Assembly: GCF_000008665.1 (NCBI RefSeq)
Contig: NC_000917.1
Coordinates: 1,230,001 to 1,262,000, forward strand
Length of the DNA stretch: 32,000 nt
Direction of reading: 5' to 3'
From: Archaeoglobus fulgidus DSM 4304
GTDB lineage: Archaea; Halobacteriota; Archaeoglobi; Archaeoglobales; Archaeoglobaceae
Shown: positions 1-7,251 of the stretch, piece by piece
How positions within the stretch are numbered: the first letter of the stretch is position 1
Layout: each line of letters opens with the position of its first letter
Made by a program: the position numbers and the translations under genes
The notes under the pieces: generated by a model
What the model was told of the DNA's origin: nothing
The model's database searches: none
What the model saw: the letters and a program-made list of their open reading frames with translations, nothing else

Positions 1-159
1 GTCCCTAATCATCTCCTGCGCAATTTCGGAGCACATGAAGAGGTGATCCCTGACAACGCTAACCCCCTCACTGCTCTTCGCAAACTCCACCAGCTCATCA
101 ATATCGACGTTTGAAGAGATGTTCTCACCGCAGTGACACACGTAAACGCCAATTTTCAT
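1..159 (-). CDS. hdrA: Heterodisulfide reductase subunit A-like flavoprotein, N-terminal fragment (gene runs off the window start)
   Basis: My translation of the minus strand from the ATG at 157-159 gives MKIGVYVCHCGENISSNVDIDELVEFAKSSEGVSVVRDHLFMCSEIAQEMIRD. I associate the IGV(F/Y)VCHCGxNI...C pattern with the N-terminal Fe-S module of HdrA. It lies directly downstream of a Vht-type hydrogenase operon. Confidence 0.55.
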   Translation of the reverse strand, partial: MKIGVYVCHCGENISSNVDIDELVEFAKSSEGVSVVRDHLFMCSEIAQEMIRD

Positions 160-162
160 CCA

Positions 163-176
163 AATTCATTTGAATT
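163..176. promoter_or_regulatory. 14-bp palindrome aattca-tt-tgaatt, 4-17 nt upstream of the hdrA-like start codon
   Basis: Read directly: aattcatttgaatt is its own reverse complement apart from the central tt. A TATA-like ttttataaa lies at 191-199. Confidence 0.3.
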
Positions 177-298
177 CCAGCTTTAAATCATTTTATAAAT
201 AATTACATACATGAAAAATTGTAAAAGTTAATAGATGCATGAAAAATTGTGCAATTTTTAGTTGAAAAAAGTTAATAAATTAATATGTTAACTAACTT

Positions 299-805
299 TT
301 ATGTGGGAGCTGGCTTTAGTCGTTGGACTCGCGTTCTTCGGATCCTCGCTCTTCTACCTGATGAGGGAGTGACCAGTTTAACAATTCTTTTTACCACTTT
401 TTTTACGGCCTCCTCAGCTTCAGAGGACATCTCAGAAAACTCTGCAAGGTTTTTCACCTCTGCACCGATGAGAATCACTCTGGGCATTGCCTGAATCGCA
501 CTCATCGCCGATATGGCGTAGAAAATGTCGAGGTCGTGGATTGACGCAATTTTCCTTTTCAGCACTCTCTCGACCGGTAACCTGTAAACTCTCCCCGGCT
601 TTCCGCCGAAATTGACCGCATCAACTATCACAACGACGTCGTAAAAAAAGAAGTAATTCACGAGATCAAAGCTTCCCGTTCCACCATCCATCACGGTGAC
701 GTTTTTTGGCAGCCTTCTTCGCTTGAGCTCCTCCACAACTCTGATGCCGAGGCCATCATCACCCATCAGCGGGTTCCCTACTCCCACGACCAGAATCCGA
801 GACAA
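299..805 (-). CDS. vhtD: [NiFe]-hydrogenase maturation endopeptidase (HyaD/HybD/VhtD family)
   Basis: 168-aa ORF starting MSRILVVGVGNPLMGDDGLG (GxGNxxxxDDGxG signature). It is the last gene of the hydrogenase operon and overlaps the cytochrome b gene by 47 nt. Confidence 0.85.
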   Translation of the reverse strand: MSRILVVGVGNPLMGDDGLGIRVVEELKRRRLPKNVTVMDGGTGSFDLVNYFFFYDVVVIVDAVNFGGKPGRVYRLPVERVLKRKIASIHDLDIFYAISAMSAIQAMPRVILIGAEVKNLAEFSEMSSEAEEAVKKVVKRIVKLVTPSSGRRARIRRTRVQRLKPAPT

Positions 806-1454
806 CTTTTTCCCTCCTGTAGCCGCTTATCATTGATGACAGCGTTCCGAATATCGTTGCTGCGTAGGCGTGCATTATCATCACTGTTGCATAGAGAAAC
901 ATCGTCAGCCTGTGAAGACCTCTTATGAATGCGTAGCTGTTGTCAGTCCCGAAAAGTAATCCCATCTTCTCGGCAGCAGAATACACCGGGCCGAAGTATT
1001 CAGGATAGAGCATTGCCAGCCCCGTAATCCCTATGATTGCCGTAAGAAGTACATACGTCCAGAAGACGAGCACCTGACTTGGGATTATTTTCTCAACATA
1101 TTCCCTCCTTCTTGGGTCGTAGGCTCTTGGGTCGCCAACATGTCCACCCTTTATCCACGCAACAGCCTCCTCCAATACGAACTTGATGCTGTAGGGTATC
1201 CTTGAAGGTTTGATCCACTTCCACTCCTCTGCGATGCTGAAGTACATGAACAGAGTCCACAGCCCAGCGAAGACGAAGCTCATCCTTATGTGAAGTGCGT
1301 AAGCATCATCGAAAAGGGTAAACCCAAAAAGTTTTGAGAGCTGCATTCCTGAGAGGGCGGTGATTATCCCAGTAACCACTATTCCCCAGTGGCAGCTCCT
1401 CACAAACTTCGAGTGCCTTTCAACGGCCACACTTCCGCATTTCTTGCACTCCAT
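759..1454 (-). CDS. vhtC: Hydrogenase-associated b-type cytochrome membrane subunit
   Basis: 231-aa hydrophobic ORF with several predicted TM helices and conserved His residues. It sits between the large subunit and the protease, as in Vht/Vho operons. Confidence 0.7.
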   Translation of the reverse strand: MECKKCGSVAVERHSKFVRSCHWGIVVTGIITALSGMQLSKLFGFTLFDDAYALHIRMSFVFAGLWTLFMYFSIAEEWKWIKPSRIPYSIKFVLEEAVAWIKGGHVGDPRAYDPRRREYVEKIIPSQVLVFWTYVLLTAIIGITGLAMLYPEYFGPVYSAAEKMGLLFGTDNSYAFIRGLHRLTMFLYATVMIMHAYAATIFGTLSSMISGYRREKVVSDSGRGSREPADG

Positions 1455-1455
1455 A

Positions 1456-3165
1456 CTACCTCACCACGTGGACAGCGCAGGCAATGCACGGGTCGAAGCT
1501 TCTGACGACCATCAGGGTGAGAGAGGTGTTGTAAATCTGGCCGTTCAGCCTTTCAATGTTCAGCTCTGCAAGGCCGAGGGGTGTTAGGGCTGCAGCTAAG
1601 GCATCTCCCCAGCTCATCGCTCCCAAACCCAAGGCGGAGAGGTCAACGTCCTTTTCGGGGTAGATGGCGTTGCAGATTTCAGGTACACTCAGATTTGGCA
1701 GCCAAGTACCCTCTAATGCTGTTTCAACTGGCCCGGGCTGCCCGAAATCGTCTCTTGGGCTTAGATTCCACGTGCTTGGCACAACACACTGGTAGTTGGC
1801 TATTTTGTGGTCTTTAACTTTAATGTAGTGCAGCAAACCTCCTCTTGGCGCATCCCAGAGGCCAAAACCCTCGCCCTCCTTCGGCACATTCCTGTAGTTG
1901 GTAACCTTCTGGTTGGTGTAGGATTTCAGCTCAAGCAACCACTCAAAGACTTTCTGCGAAGTTAAGATTGTAAGAGCGACTCTCGCAGCGAGCCTGTCAA
2001 TAACAGACCCCTTTGGATTTAGCACCTCATACTCAAAGTAGCCGTGGTCTTCTCCAGTCACAGGATTGCGGATGGGTATCTTCCATCTTGTGCCGTAAGT
2101 GTTGAGCATTCTGGCAAGCGGTCCCACTTCATAAACCTTTCCGTCGTATCTGGGAGCCTTCAACCACGAGTATGCTTCAGATTTGTTTTTATCAGGTTTA
2201 GGTGCGTCCTCATCTTTCGGATTAAGCCCGCTCTCATTGTCGTACCACGAATACCTGACATATTCAGCTATTTTTGAGATGTCAAGGGGCTTTGAGCTTC
2301 CATCCCACGCTCCAGCGTGTATCAGAGCGCTGCTCCTCTTTGAAGGTGAATCAAGCACTGAAAGCCAGTCATCGTAGTTCTCATGATCGGGGAAGAGGCC
2401 GTAGCTGAGGAAGTTTCCTGTTGACGCCCCAACATCCTGAAGCCCCCTGAAGTTGATGTCGAGGAGTGAGCTTACCGCCTCACCAACCTTCTCGTTGGCC
2501 TCAAGGAGGTTGTAGAAATCCTTGACCATCGTTTCAGCAACCCACCTCCATATTTCGAACATTCTGGCAAGAGAGGAGGCAATTCTGTCCTCAGTCGGCC
2601 TGACCGCCATACCTCCCGGATACTCGCTCTGGTGGTGGGGGAACTTTCCTCCCCAGATTGCGACAATTTCGTTGGCCTTCCTCTGTATCTCAAGAGCACC
2701 AACGTAGCTTGAGCCGATTCCCAGCTTCGAGACACCTTCCTTTCCAAGTGCCGGAGGCACCATGGGTGGATACTTGCAAACAACCCCGAGTTCGGGGCCG
2801 AGAAGAATGTAAGAGTGGATTATGTGGTCGTAAATGTAGTAAGCTCCGTGAAGAACGTTTCTTATTAGAACAGCCACCGGTGTGGGTGTGACGTTAAATG
2901 CCGCCTCTATCGCCTGAATGGATGCTTCCGCATGCGGAGCGGGACAAACACCGCAAATTCTCTGAGTTATAATCCAGGCATCTCTTGGGTCTCTCCCTCT
3001 CAAAATCGTCTCCCATCCCCTGAATAGGGTTCCGCTGCAGTAAGCCTCCTTAACAACATCCCACTCTCCCGTGGAGGTTTTTAGCTTTTCTGGAGAGAGC
3101 TCAACTCTGAGATGACCCTCTATTCTCGTTACGGGGTCAATAACTATCCTGCTCATCCTTCTCAC
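1456..3165 (-). CDS. vhtA: [NiFe]-hydrogenase large subunit (Vht/Vho type, group 1)
   Basis: 569 aa. N-terminal Ni-ligand motif RICGVCPAPH and C-terminal DPCIACAVH followed by a 3-residue tail VVR. Confidence 0.9.
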   Translation of the reverse strand: MRRMSRIVIDPVTRIEGHLRVELSPEKLKTSTGEWDVVKEAYCSGTLFRGWETILRGRDPRDAWIITQRICGVCPAPHAEASIQAIEAAFNVTPTPVAVLIRNVLHGAYYIYDHIIHSYILLGPELGVVCKYPPMVPPALGKEGVSKLGIGSSYVGALEIQRKANEIVAIWGGKFPHHQSEYPGGMAVRPTEDRIASSLARMFEIWRWVAETMVKDFYNLLEANEKVGEAVSSLLDINFRGLQDVGASTGNFLSYGLFPDHENYDDWLSVLDSPSKRSSALIHAGAWDGSSKPLDISKIAEYVRYSWYDNESGLNPKDEDAPKPDKNKSEAYSWLKAPRYDGKVYEVGPLARMLNTYGTRWKIPIRNPVTGEDHGYFEYEVLNPKGSVIDRLAARVALTILTSQKVFEWLLELKSYTNQKVTNYRNVPKEGEGFGLWDAPRGGLLHYIKVKDHKIANYQCVVPSTWNLSPRDDFGQPGPVETALEGTWLPNLSVPEICNAIYPEKDVDLSALGLGAMSWGDALAAALTPLGLAELNIERLNGQIYNTSLTLMVVRSFDPCIACAVHVVR

Positions 3166-4198
3166 CTCTCAGTTTTCTTCTCACCGCATGAACGCCAATT
3201 CCCACTGCGGTTGCACCAAAGATGCCAGCCCCAAGCGTTGTTGGATTCAACCCGAGGAAGCTGGGGATTGACGGGAGCTCAGCGTAGAAGGGTGAGAACT
3301 TGTCCGGCCATCCCGGCTCTGAGCATGCAATGCATGGGGCCCCTGCTTCGACGCAGTAGCTGGTCTTGCCGTTCCACCTTCTCGAGGGGCAGTCTGTAAA
3401 GGCAACAGGCCCCTTGCATCCAATCTTGAATCTGCATCCATCTCCGTTTCCGGGCTCCTCAATGAAGACTCCTCTGTCATACAGAGGTCTGTAGGGGCAG
3501 AGCTCGTCATGCATGTTTGTGCCAAAAAGGGCCTTTGGCCTGCCATGCTCGTCAAGGTCAATCTTAGCCCCCATTATTACAGCTGAAAGAATGATGACGA
3601 CATGCTCCCCATTAACGGGACAGAGAGGAAGATTGATAACGGGCTTTGCAATACCTTCCTCTCTCAGGAACTCTGAAAGTCCCATCGCCCCGGTAGGATT
3701 TGGATTTGCCGCAGGTATGCCTCCAAAGGTTGCACACTGGCCGACAGCAACTATGGCATCAGCAACCTCTGCGGCCTCCCTAACGTGCTCCCTGAAGTCC
3801 TTTCCTGCTACCACACAGTAACCGGGTTTCTGGACAGCCCCTTCAACAACAAGAATCCTCTTGCCCTTCTCTCCAGCTTTCCACCTCTCCTTAAGCTTTT
3901 CAGCGAGTGTTCCTGAGGCTGGATGTATCGTTTCCATGTAGTCGGGAAGAGCTATCGGCAATCCAGACGTCCCAACGATAATCTCAGTTAGAATCTGCAC
4001 CAAATCCGGATTCGACGCTTGAGCAAAGGATACCGTGCATCCCGTGCACGCTGCCCCGTTCAGCCAGCAAATGTGCCAGTAATCCTTCTTTGCCTCAACT
4101 GCTCTCACTATGTCCCCTTTATACGCGCTCAGAAAAGCTGAGGCACCCATGGCCGCAACAAGCTTCATAAAATTCCTTCGGGTAAGGCTCATCATCAC
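3137..4198 (-). CDS. vhtG: [NiFe]-hydrogenase small subunit with twin-arginine (Tat) signal peptide
   Basis: 353 aa. N-terminus MMMSLTRRNFMKLVAAMGASAFLSA (RR motif plus hydrophobic stretch) and Cys clusters such as CTGC and CIAC. GGAGGG lies just upstream, and the first codon is GTG followed by two ATGs. Confidence 0.9.
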   Translation of the reverse strand: MMMSLTRRNFMKLVAAMGASAFLSAYKGDIVRAVEAKKDYWHICWLNGAACTGCTVSFAQASNPDLVQILTEIIVGTSGLPIALPDYMETIHPASGTLAEKLKERWKAGEKGKRILVVEGAVQKPGYCVVAGKDFREHVREAAEVADAIVAVGQCATFGGIPAANPNPTGAMGLSEFLREEGIAKPVINLPLCPVNGEHVVIILSAVIMGAKIDLDEHGRPKALFGTNMHDELCPYRPLYDRGVFIEEPGNGDGCRFKIGCKGPVAFTDCPSRRWNGKTSYCVEAGAPCIACSEPGWPDKFSPFYAELPSIPSFLGLNPTTLGAGIFGATAVGIGVHAVRRKLRGEKDEQDSY

Positions 4199-4312
4199 AG
4201 ACCCTCCATTTTTATCCTTAGCATTTTCAATTAATAAAAAAGATTTCCATTAAAAAAAATGCAGAAAAGTTAATATTTTTAATTTCTTATTCTTTTTTAA
4301 ATGCATTTAAAA
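4199..4312 (-). promoter_or_regulatory. AT-rich promoter region of the vht operon
   Basis: 114 bp of very AT-rich sequence with several TATA-like runs between the wHTH gene stop and the vhtG start. It contains aaaagttaata (4265-4275), which is also present twice upstream of hdrA. Confidence 0.4.
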
Positions 4313-4606
4313 TCATGTATCATTTTCCATAATATCGATAATGCTCTTGATTTGCTGGGCAATCTTCTGCCCTTTATCAGTCAACCTTATAATTTTTGTT
4401 CGACCCTCAAGTTCGCATTCGACCATTTTTGCCTCTTCAAATTTTTTTATAATCAGCCAAACGTAGCTGTGAGGGCTGTTTACCTTGCTGGCAATGTATT
4501 GGATGTAAACGTCATTACCGCCAAGGCTTTCATAATAGATTGTCATCAAAATCTCAAGCGCTTTTTCTTTAAAGAGAAGCTTGATTCTTTCGTCCTCCAC
4601 CCTCAT
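4313..4606 (-). CDS. Small winged-helix (ArsR/MarR-like) DNA-binding protein
   Basis: 97 aa. The pattern ...IASKVNSPHSYVWLIIKKFEEAKMVECELEGRTKIIRLTDKG resembles an HTH followed by a beta-wing. It is AT-rich relative to its neighbours. Confidence 0.55.
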   Translation of the reverse strand: MRVEDERIKLLFKEKALEILMTIYYESLGGNDVYIQYIASKVNSPHSYVWLIIKKFEEAKMVECELEGRTKIIRLTDKGQKIAQQIKSIIDIMENDT

Positions 4607-4612
4607 CGAAAA

Positions 4613-4632
4613 AATTGTACAAATCTACAATT
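4613..4632. promoter_or_regulatory. Inverted repeat aattgta-N6-tacaatt, 7-26 nt upstream of the wHTH gene start (candidate autoregulatory operator)
   Basis: Read directly: aattgtacaaatctacaatt, with two perfect 7-bp arms. Confidence 0.3.
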
Positions 4633-4715
4633 AAAAAACTTTACTTCCTAAAAAATCGCAATCCAATTTGTCTGCGTCTGAGGTTTTTAAACCCATAATC
4701 CAAAAAAGCAACAAC

Positions 4716-4740
4716 TGTGATATCCCGAATTAATTTCACT
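4716..4740. repeat. IS terminal inverted repeat (transposase 3' side)
   Basis: Sequence tgtgatatcccgaattaatttcact. The transposase stop codon lies inside it. Confidence 0.8.
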
Positions 4741-5635
4741 CCTCAAACAACCACCTCCCGTACTCAAACACCCTTTCAGCAGGTAGCTTCCTCAAAAAGG
4801 CCTGATAGGGAGTCTCCAATTCGTCGAAATTCAGGCTCATGTGAGGCTTAACGTAATTGTACCAATAAATGAACTCATCCAAAGAATCAAACAGATGGAT
4901 CTTCTGCTCCATCAAACCAAAGAACCTCTCTATCTTTCCATTCGTTTGTGGATGGTTTATTCTGGCAAGAACATGCCTTACTCCATTCTCGGCCAAAAAC
5001 TCCCTGAATCTATGCTTGGCCTTCTCTCTGCTTTTAGCTGCAACAAACTGAGTTCCGTGATCTGTGAGGATCTCATCCGGAATGCCATACTCCCTGAATC
5101 CCACTTTCAGGACTCTAATCGTGTTCTCAGTCGTAGCTGAATCGAAGACTCCGTAACAAGTAATAAAGCGGGAAGCATCATCCATGAAGGCTATAATCCA
5201 TTTCTCTCCAAGCCTCTTCCAGTCTCCCTGCCATAAAGACATTGAGTGGGTTCTTTCGTATCTAACCCATTTCCTTCGTTTCTTCTTGCTCATGTTCTCC
5301 TCCACCAAACCGTGTTTGAGTAAAACTTTGTAGATTGTATTATGGGAGATGTGGATGCCGTAATCCCTTTCTATCAGCCTTTCCAATGGTACTGGGCTGA
5401 GTCTGTATTTTTTGTAGGCCTGCAGGATTATTTGCTCTGTCTTTTCGTCAATTGGTTTGGGCTTTCTTCCTGCTTGTTTGAGTTCTGGAATCTGGCCAGT
5501 TTCCTCATATTGTTTTTTAAGCTGGTAGATTCTTCTTGGTGTAACTCTCATCACAGCGGCTATTTCCTTTACTGGAGCTCCCTTGTCAAGCTGTCTGATT
5601 ATCCACCTGATCTTTTTGTTCGTTAGTTTTCTCAC
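4736..5635 (-). CDS. IS transposase (HTH + rve/DDE integrase core)
   Basis: Motifs WQGDW...FMDDASRF...TDHGTQF...HPQTNGKIERF. The 340-aa track ORF runs past the IS boundary at 5678, so I place the start at the in-IS GTG at 5633-5635, giving MRKLTNKKIRWIIRQL. Confidence 0.85.
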   Translation of the reverse strand: MRKLTNKKIRWIIRQLDKGAPVKEIAAVMRVTPRRIYQLKKQYEETGQIPELKQAGRKPKPIDEKTEQIILQAYKKYRLSPVPLERLIERDYGIHISHNTIYKVLLKHGLVEENMSKKKRRKWVRYERTHSMSLWQGDWKRLGEKWIIAFMDDASRFITCYGVFDSATTENTIRVLKVGFREYGIPDEILTDHGTQFVAAKSREKAKHRFREFLAENGVRHVLARINHPQTNGKIERFFGLMEQKIHLFDSLDEFIYWYNYVKPHMSLNFDELETPYQAFLRKLPAERVFEYGRWLFEE

Positions 5636-5653
5636 ATGAAGTGGGTGTTTAGT

Positions 5654-5678
5654 AGTGAAATAATTTAGGGATACTACA
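5654..5678. repeat. IS terminal inverted repeat (transposase 5' side)
   Basis: The reverse complement reads tgtagtatccctaaattatttcact, matching the other end at 20 of 25 positions. Confidence 0.75.
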
Positions 5679-5789
5679 TCGCTGATTCCCAAAGCTGAAA
5701 TTAAAGAGGTAAGGAATGCGGCGCATCTGGCAAAGATAGAGAATCCAGAGGAGTTCAACCTCTACGTAGTGGAATTTCTAAAGAGATAG
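5679..5789 (+). pseudogene. Orphan 3' fragment of an alpha/beta-hydrolase gene, truncated by the IS
   Basis: My translation starting at the IS edge gives SLIPKAEIKEVRNAAHLAKIENPEEFNLYVVEFLKR*. This is a typical alpha/beta-hydrolase C-terminus, with the catalytic-His region followed by E-x-PEEF. No matching 5' part exists on the other IS flank. Confidence 0.5.
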
Positions 5790-5824
5790 TAAAATTTTTA
5801 AATGTTGAGGATAAAATTAGGTAA

Positions 5825-6193
5825 ATGAAGCAAAAGCCGAGAGTGCTGATTGTGGAGGACGATGCGGCCATTCTCGAGGCAGTTCAGCTGATGATCTCGG
5901 ACAGATACAATCTGCTCACTGCCACAAACGGCGAGGAAGCTGTAAGGCTTTACAAGATGTTCAAGCCCGACATTGTCCTTATGGATATTGCCATGCCTGT
6001 AATGGATGGAGTTGAGGCAGCGAAGGAAATTAAAAAATTCGACCCAGATGCAAAGATTATCGGCATTACAGCCTATGCCAGACGGAGGGGGCAGGAGCTG
6101 CTCGATGCTGGCGCTTTAGAAATTCTTGAAAAGCCCTTCACAAGGAAGAAGCTTCTGGAAACAATTGAAAAGTACCTTCCGTCTGAGGAGTAG
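5825..6193 (+). CDS. Stand-alone CheY-like response-regulator receiver domain
   Basis: 122 aa. Acidic pocket VEDD, phospho-acceptor context IVLMDIAMP, GITAY and EKPF motifs. No output domain. Confidence 0.85.
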   Translation: MKQKPRVLIVEDDAAILEAVQLMISDRYNLLTATNGEEAVRLYKMFKPDIVLMDIAMPVMDGVEAAKEIKKFDPDAKIIGITAYARRRGQELLDAGALEILEKPFTRKKLLETIEKYLPSEE

Positions 6194-6259
6194 CCATTTT
6201 ATCCTCTATCTCCCCACTTACCCCATCTCTTGGAGTAGGTGTCGTCCTTCTCCCTCACC

Positions 6260-6712
6260 CTACCTATCACCTCCGACGTAGTCTTCGAGAAATATAACGT
6301 CAAAATCCTTCTCCACTTTGTCGGGCATCTCCTTCTCTCTCTTTCTGAAAACTGCTTTGCAGTTTTTCAGCTTGGACAGGGCGAGGACGTAGCAGTCCGC
6401 AAGGGCGAGGCCGTATCGAAGTTTAACTTTAGCTGCCTCAACGTCGAGCTCGGTTGAGCAGACAACTTCCACTGCGGGGTGCCTTTGTAGCCACTCAACG
6501 AACTCCACGGACTTTTCAAGCCACTCTTCGATACCTGCTTCCCTCAGCACTCTCGCAGTGACGTAGCAGATCTCTGCTATGGTGACGTAGGGTAGAAGAA
6601 CCTCAAGCTGCCCAATAGAGTTGATTACATTTCTTGCTACATCGTGGAGCGGAGACTTCCTGTCAATGTAGTCAACAAATACGCCGGTGTCAATCACCGC
6701 CTTCGACACCAA
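6260..6712 (-). CDS. vapC: PIN-domain ribonuclease toxin (VapC family)
   Basis: 150 aa. N-terminal AVIDTGVFVDY with a conserved Asp and acidic residues later in the sequence. It overlaps the 3' end of an AbrB-type antitoxin frame. The start codon is TTG, or a nearby GTG. Confidence 0.7.
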   Translation of the reverse strand: MVSKAVIDTGVFVDYIDRKSPLHDVARNVINSIGQLEVLLPYVTIAEICYVTARVLREAGIEEWLEKSVEFVEWLQRHPAVEVVCSTELDVEAAKVKLRYGLALADCYVLALSKLKNCKAVFRKREKEMPDKVEKDFDVIFLEDYVGGDR

Positions 6713-6949
6713 GATCCCTCAGGAGTTTTCTCATTCTTTCCTCGTCGATTTTTCTGGACTCTTTCAATATCTGCTCAGACCTCTCTCCGAGATCGACGAA
6801 AATGTCCGGTGGTTCGGGAGAAGGTTCGAGGATTATCTTCTTGCCCTCCAAGTGAACGTTCATGACCGTTCCGGGCTTTATCCCCAGTGCATCCCTTATC
6901 TCTTCGGTATGACTATCTGCCCCTTTGAGGAGGTTTTGACCTTTGGCAT
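6690..6949 (-). pseudogene. vapB: AbrB/SpoVT-type antitoxin (VapB), disrupted by a 1-nt frameshift
   Basis: The minus strand from the ATG at 6947-6949 reads MPKVKTSSKGQIVIPKR* with the stop at 6896-6898. The adjacent frame continues EIRDALGIKPGTVMNVHLEGKKIILEPSPEPPDIFVDLGERSEQILKESRKIDEERMRKLLRDLGVEGGD*. Together they form a canonical SpoVT/AbrB antitoxin that lacks one G near 6900-6902. Confidence 0.6.
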
Positions 6950-7251
6950 AATTTGAGTAAGACGGAGTATTACTTAAGTCTTACCTCGAAATGAGCTTCA
7001 ATCCTCGGATATCTCCCTCATCGCCTTTGCCCATCAGATGCCCGCCCATTTCCGTTTATTCGTTACTTCACCTTTCCGTATAGCTCAACAACGTCATTCT
7101 TCCCCTTTCTCTGCTCAGAAGGAAAAGCAATGGCCACTGGCAAATCAAAGCCGCTCGCAACGACATCAATCTCAAAGCAGGGGTAAACCCACCAGTTGTT
7201 CATGATATTTTATTCACAATCTCACTTATTAACCTTCCCCCAACTAAGGCT

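Larger units (their letters stand above)
4716..5678 (-). mobile_element. Complete insertion sequence, 963 bp, IS481-like (matches my recollection of ISA0963 of Archaeoglobus fulgidus)
   Basis: Imperfect 25-bp terminal inverted repeats starting TGT (20/25 identical). It holds a single DDE/rve transposase ORF. The first 376 bp are repeated identically at 31625-32000, and the length is exactly 963 bp. Confidence 0.85.

Noticed and set aside
1456-1467. Very short (3-residue, VVR) C-terminal tail after the DPCxxCxxH motif of the hydrogenase large subunit, despite a dedicated maturation protease in the operon
   Set aside because: From memory, short tails of 3-4 residues occur in other archaeal [NiFe] hydrogenases that are still protease-processed, so this is probably not unusual. 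I cannot verify that here.
5636-5758. 5' extension of the transposase ORF to 340 aa
   Set aside because: It crosses the IS terminal inverted repeat (the IS ends at 5678) into flanking DNA that is antisense to the hydrolase remnant. An in-element GTG start is more plausible.
6896-6910. Programmed -1 ribosomal frameshifting to rescue vapB, and likewise btuF at ~16234
   Set aside because: The sites (C CGA AGA / C CGA AGT) do not fit the X_XXY_YYZ slippery pattern, and I see no obvious downstream stimulatory structure. A mutation or sequencing error is more likely.
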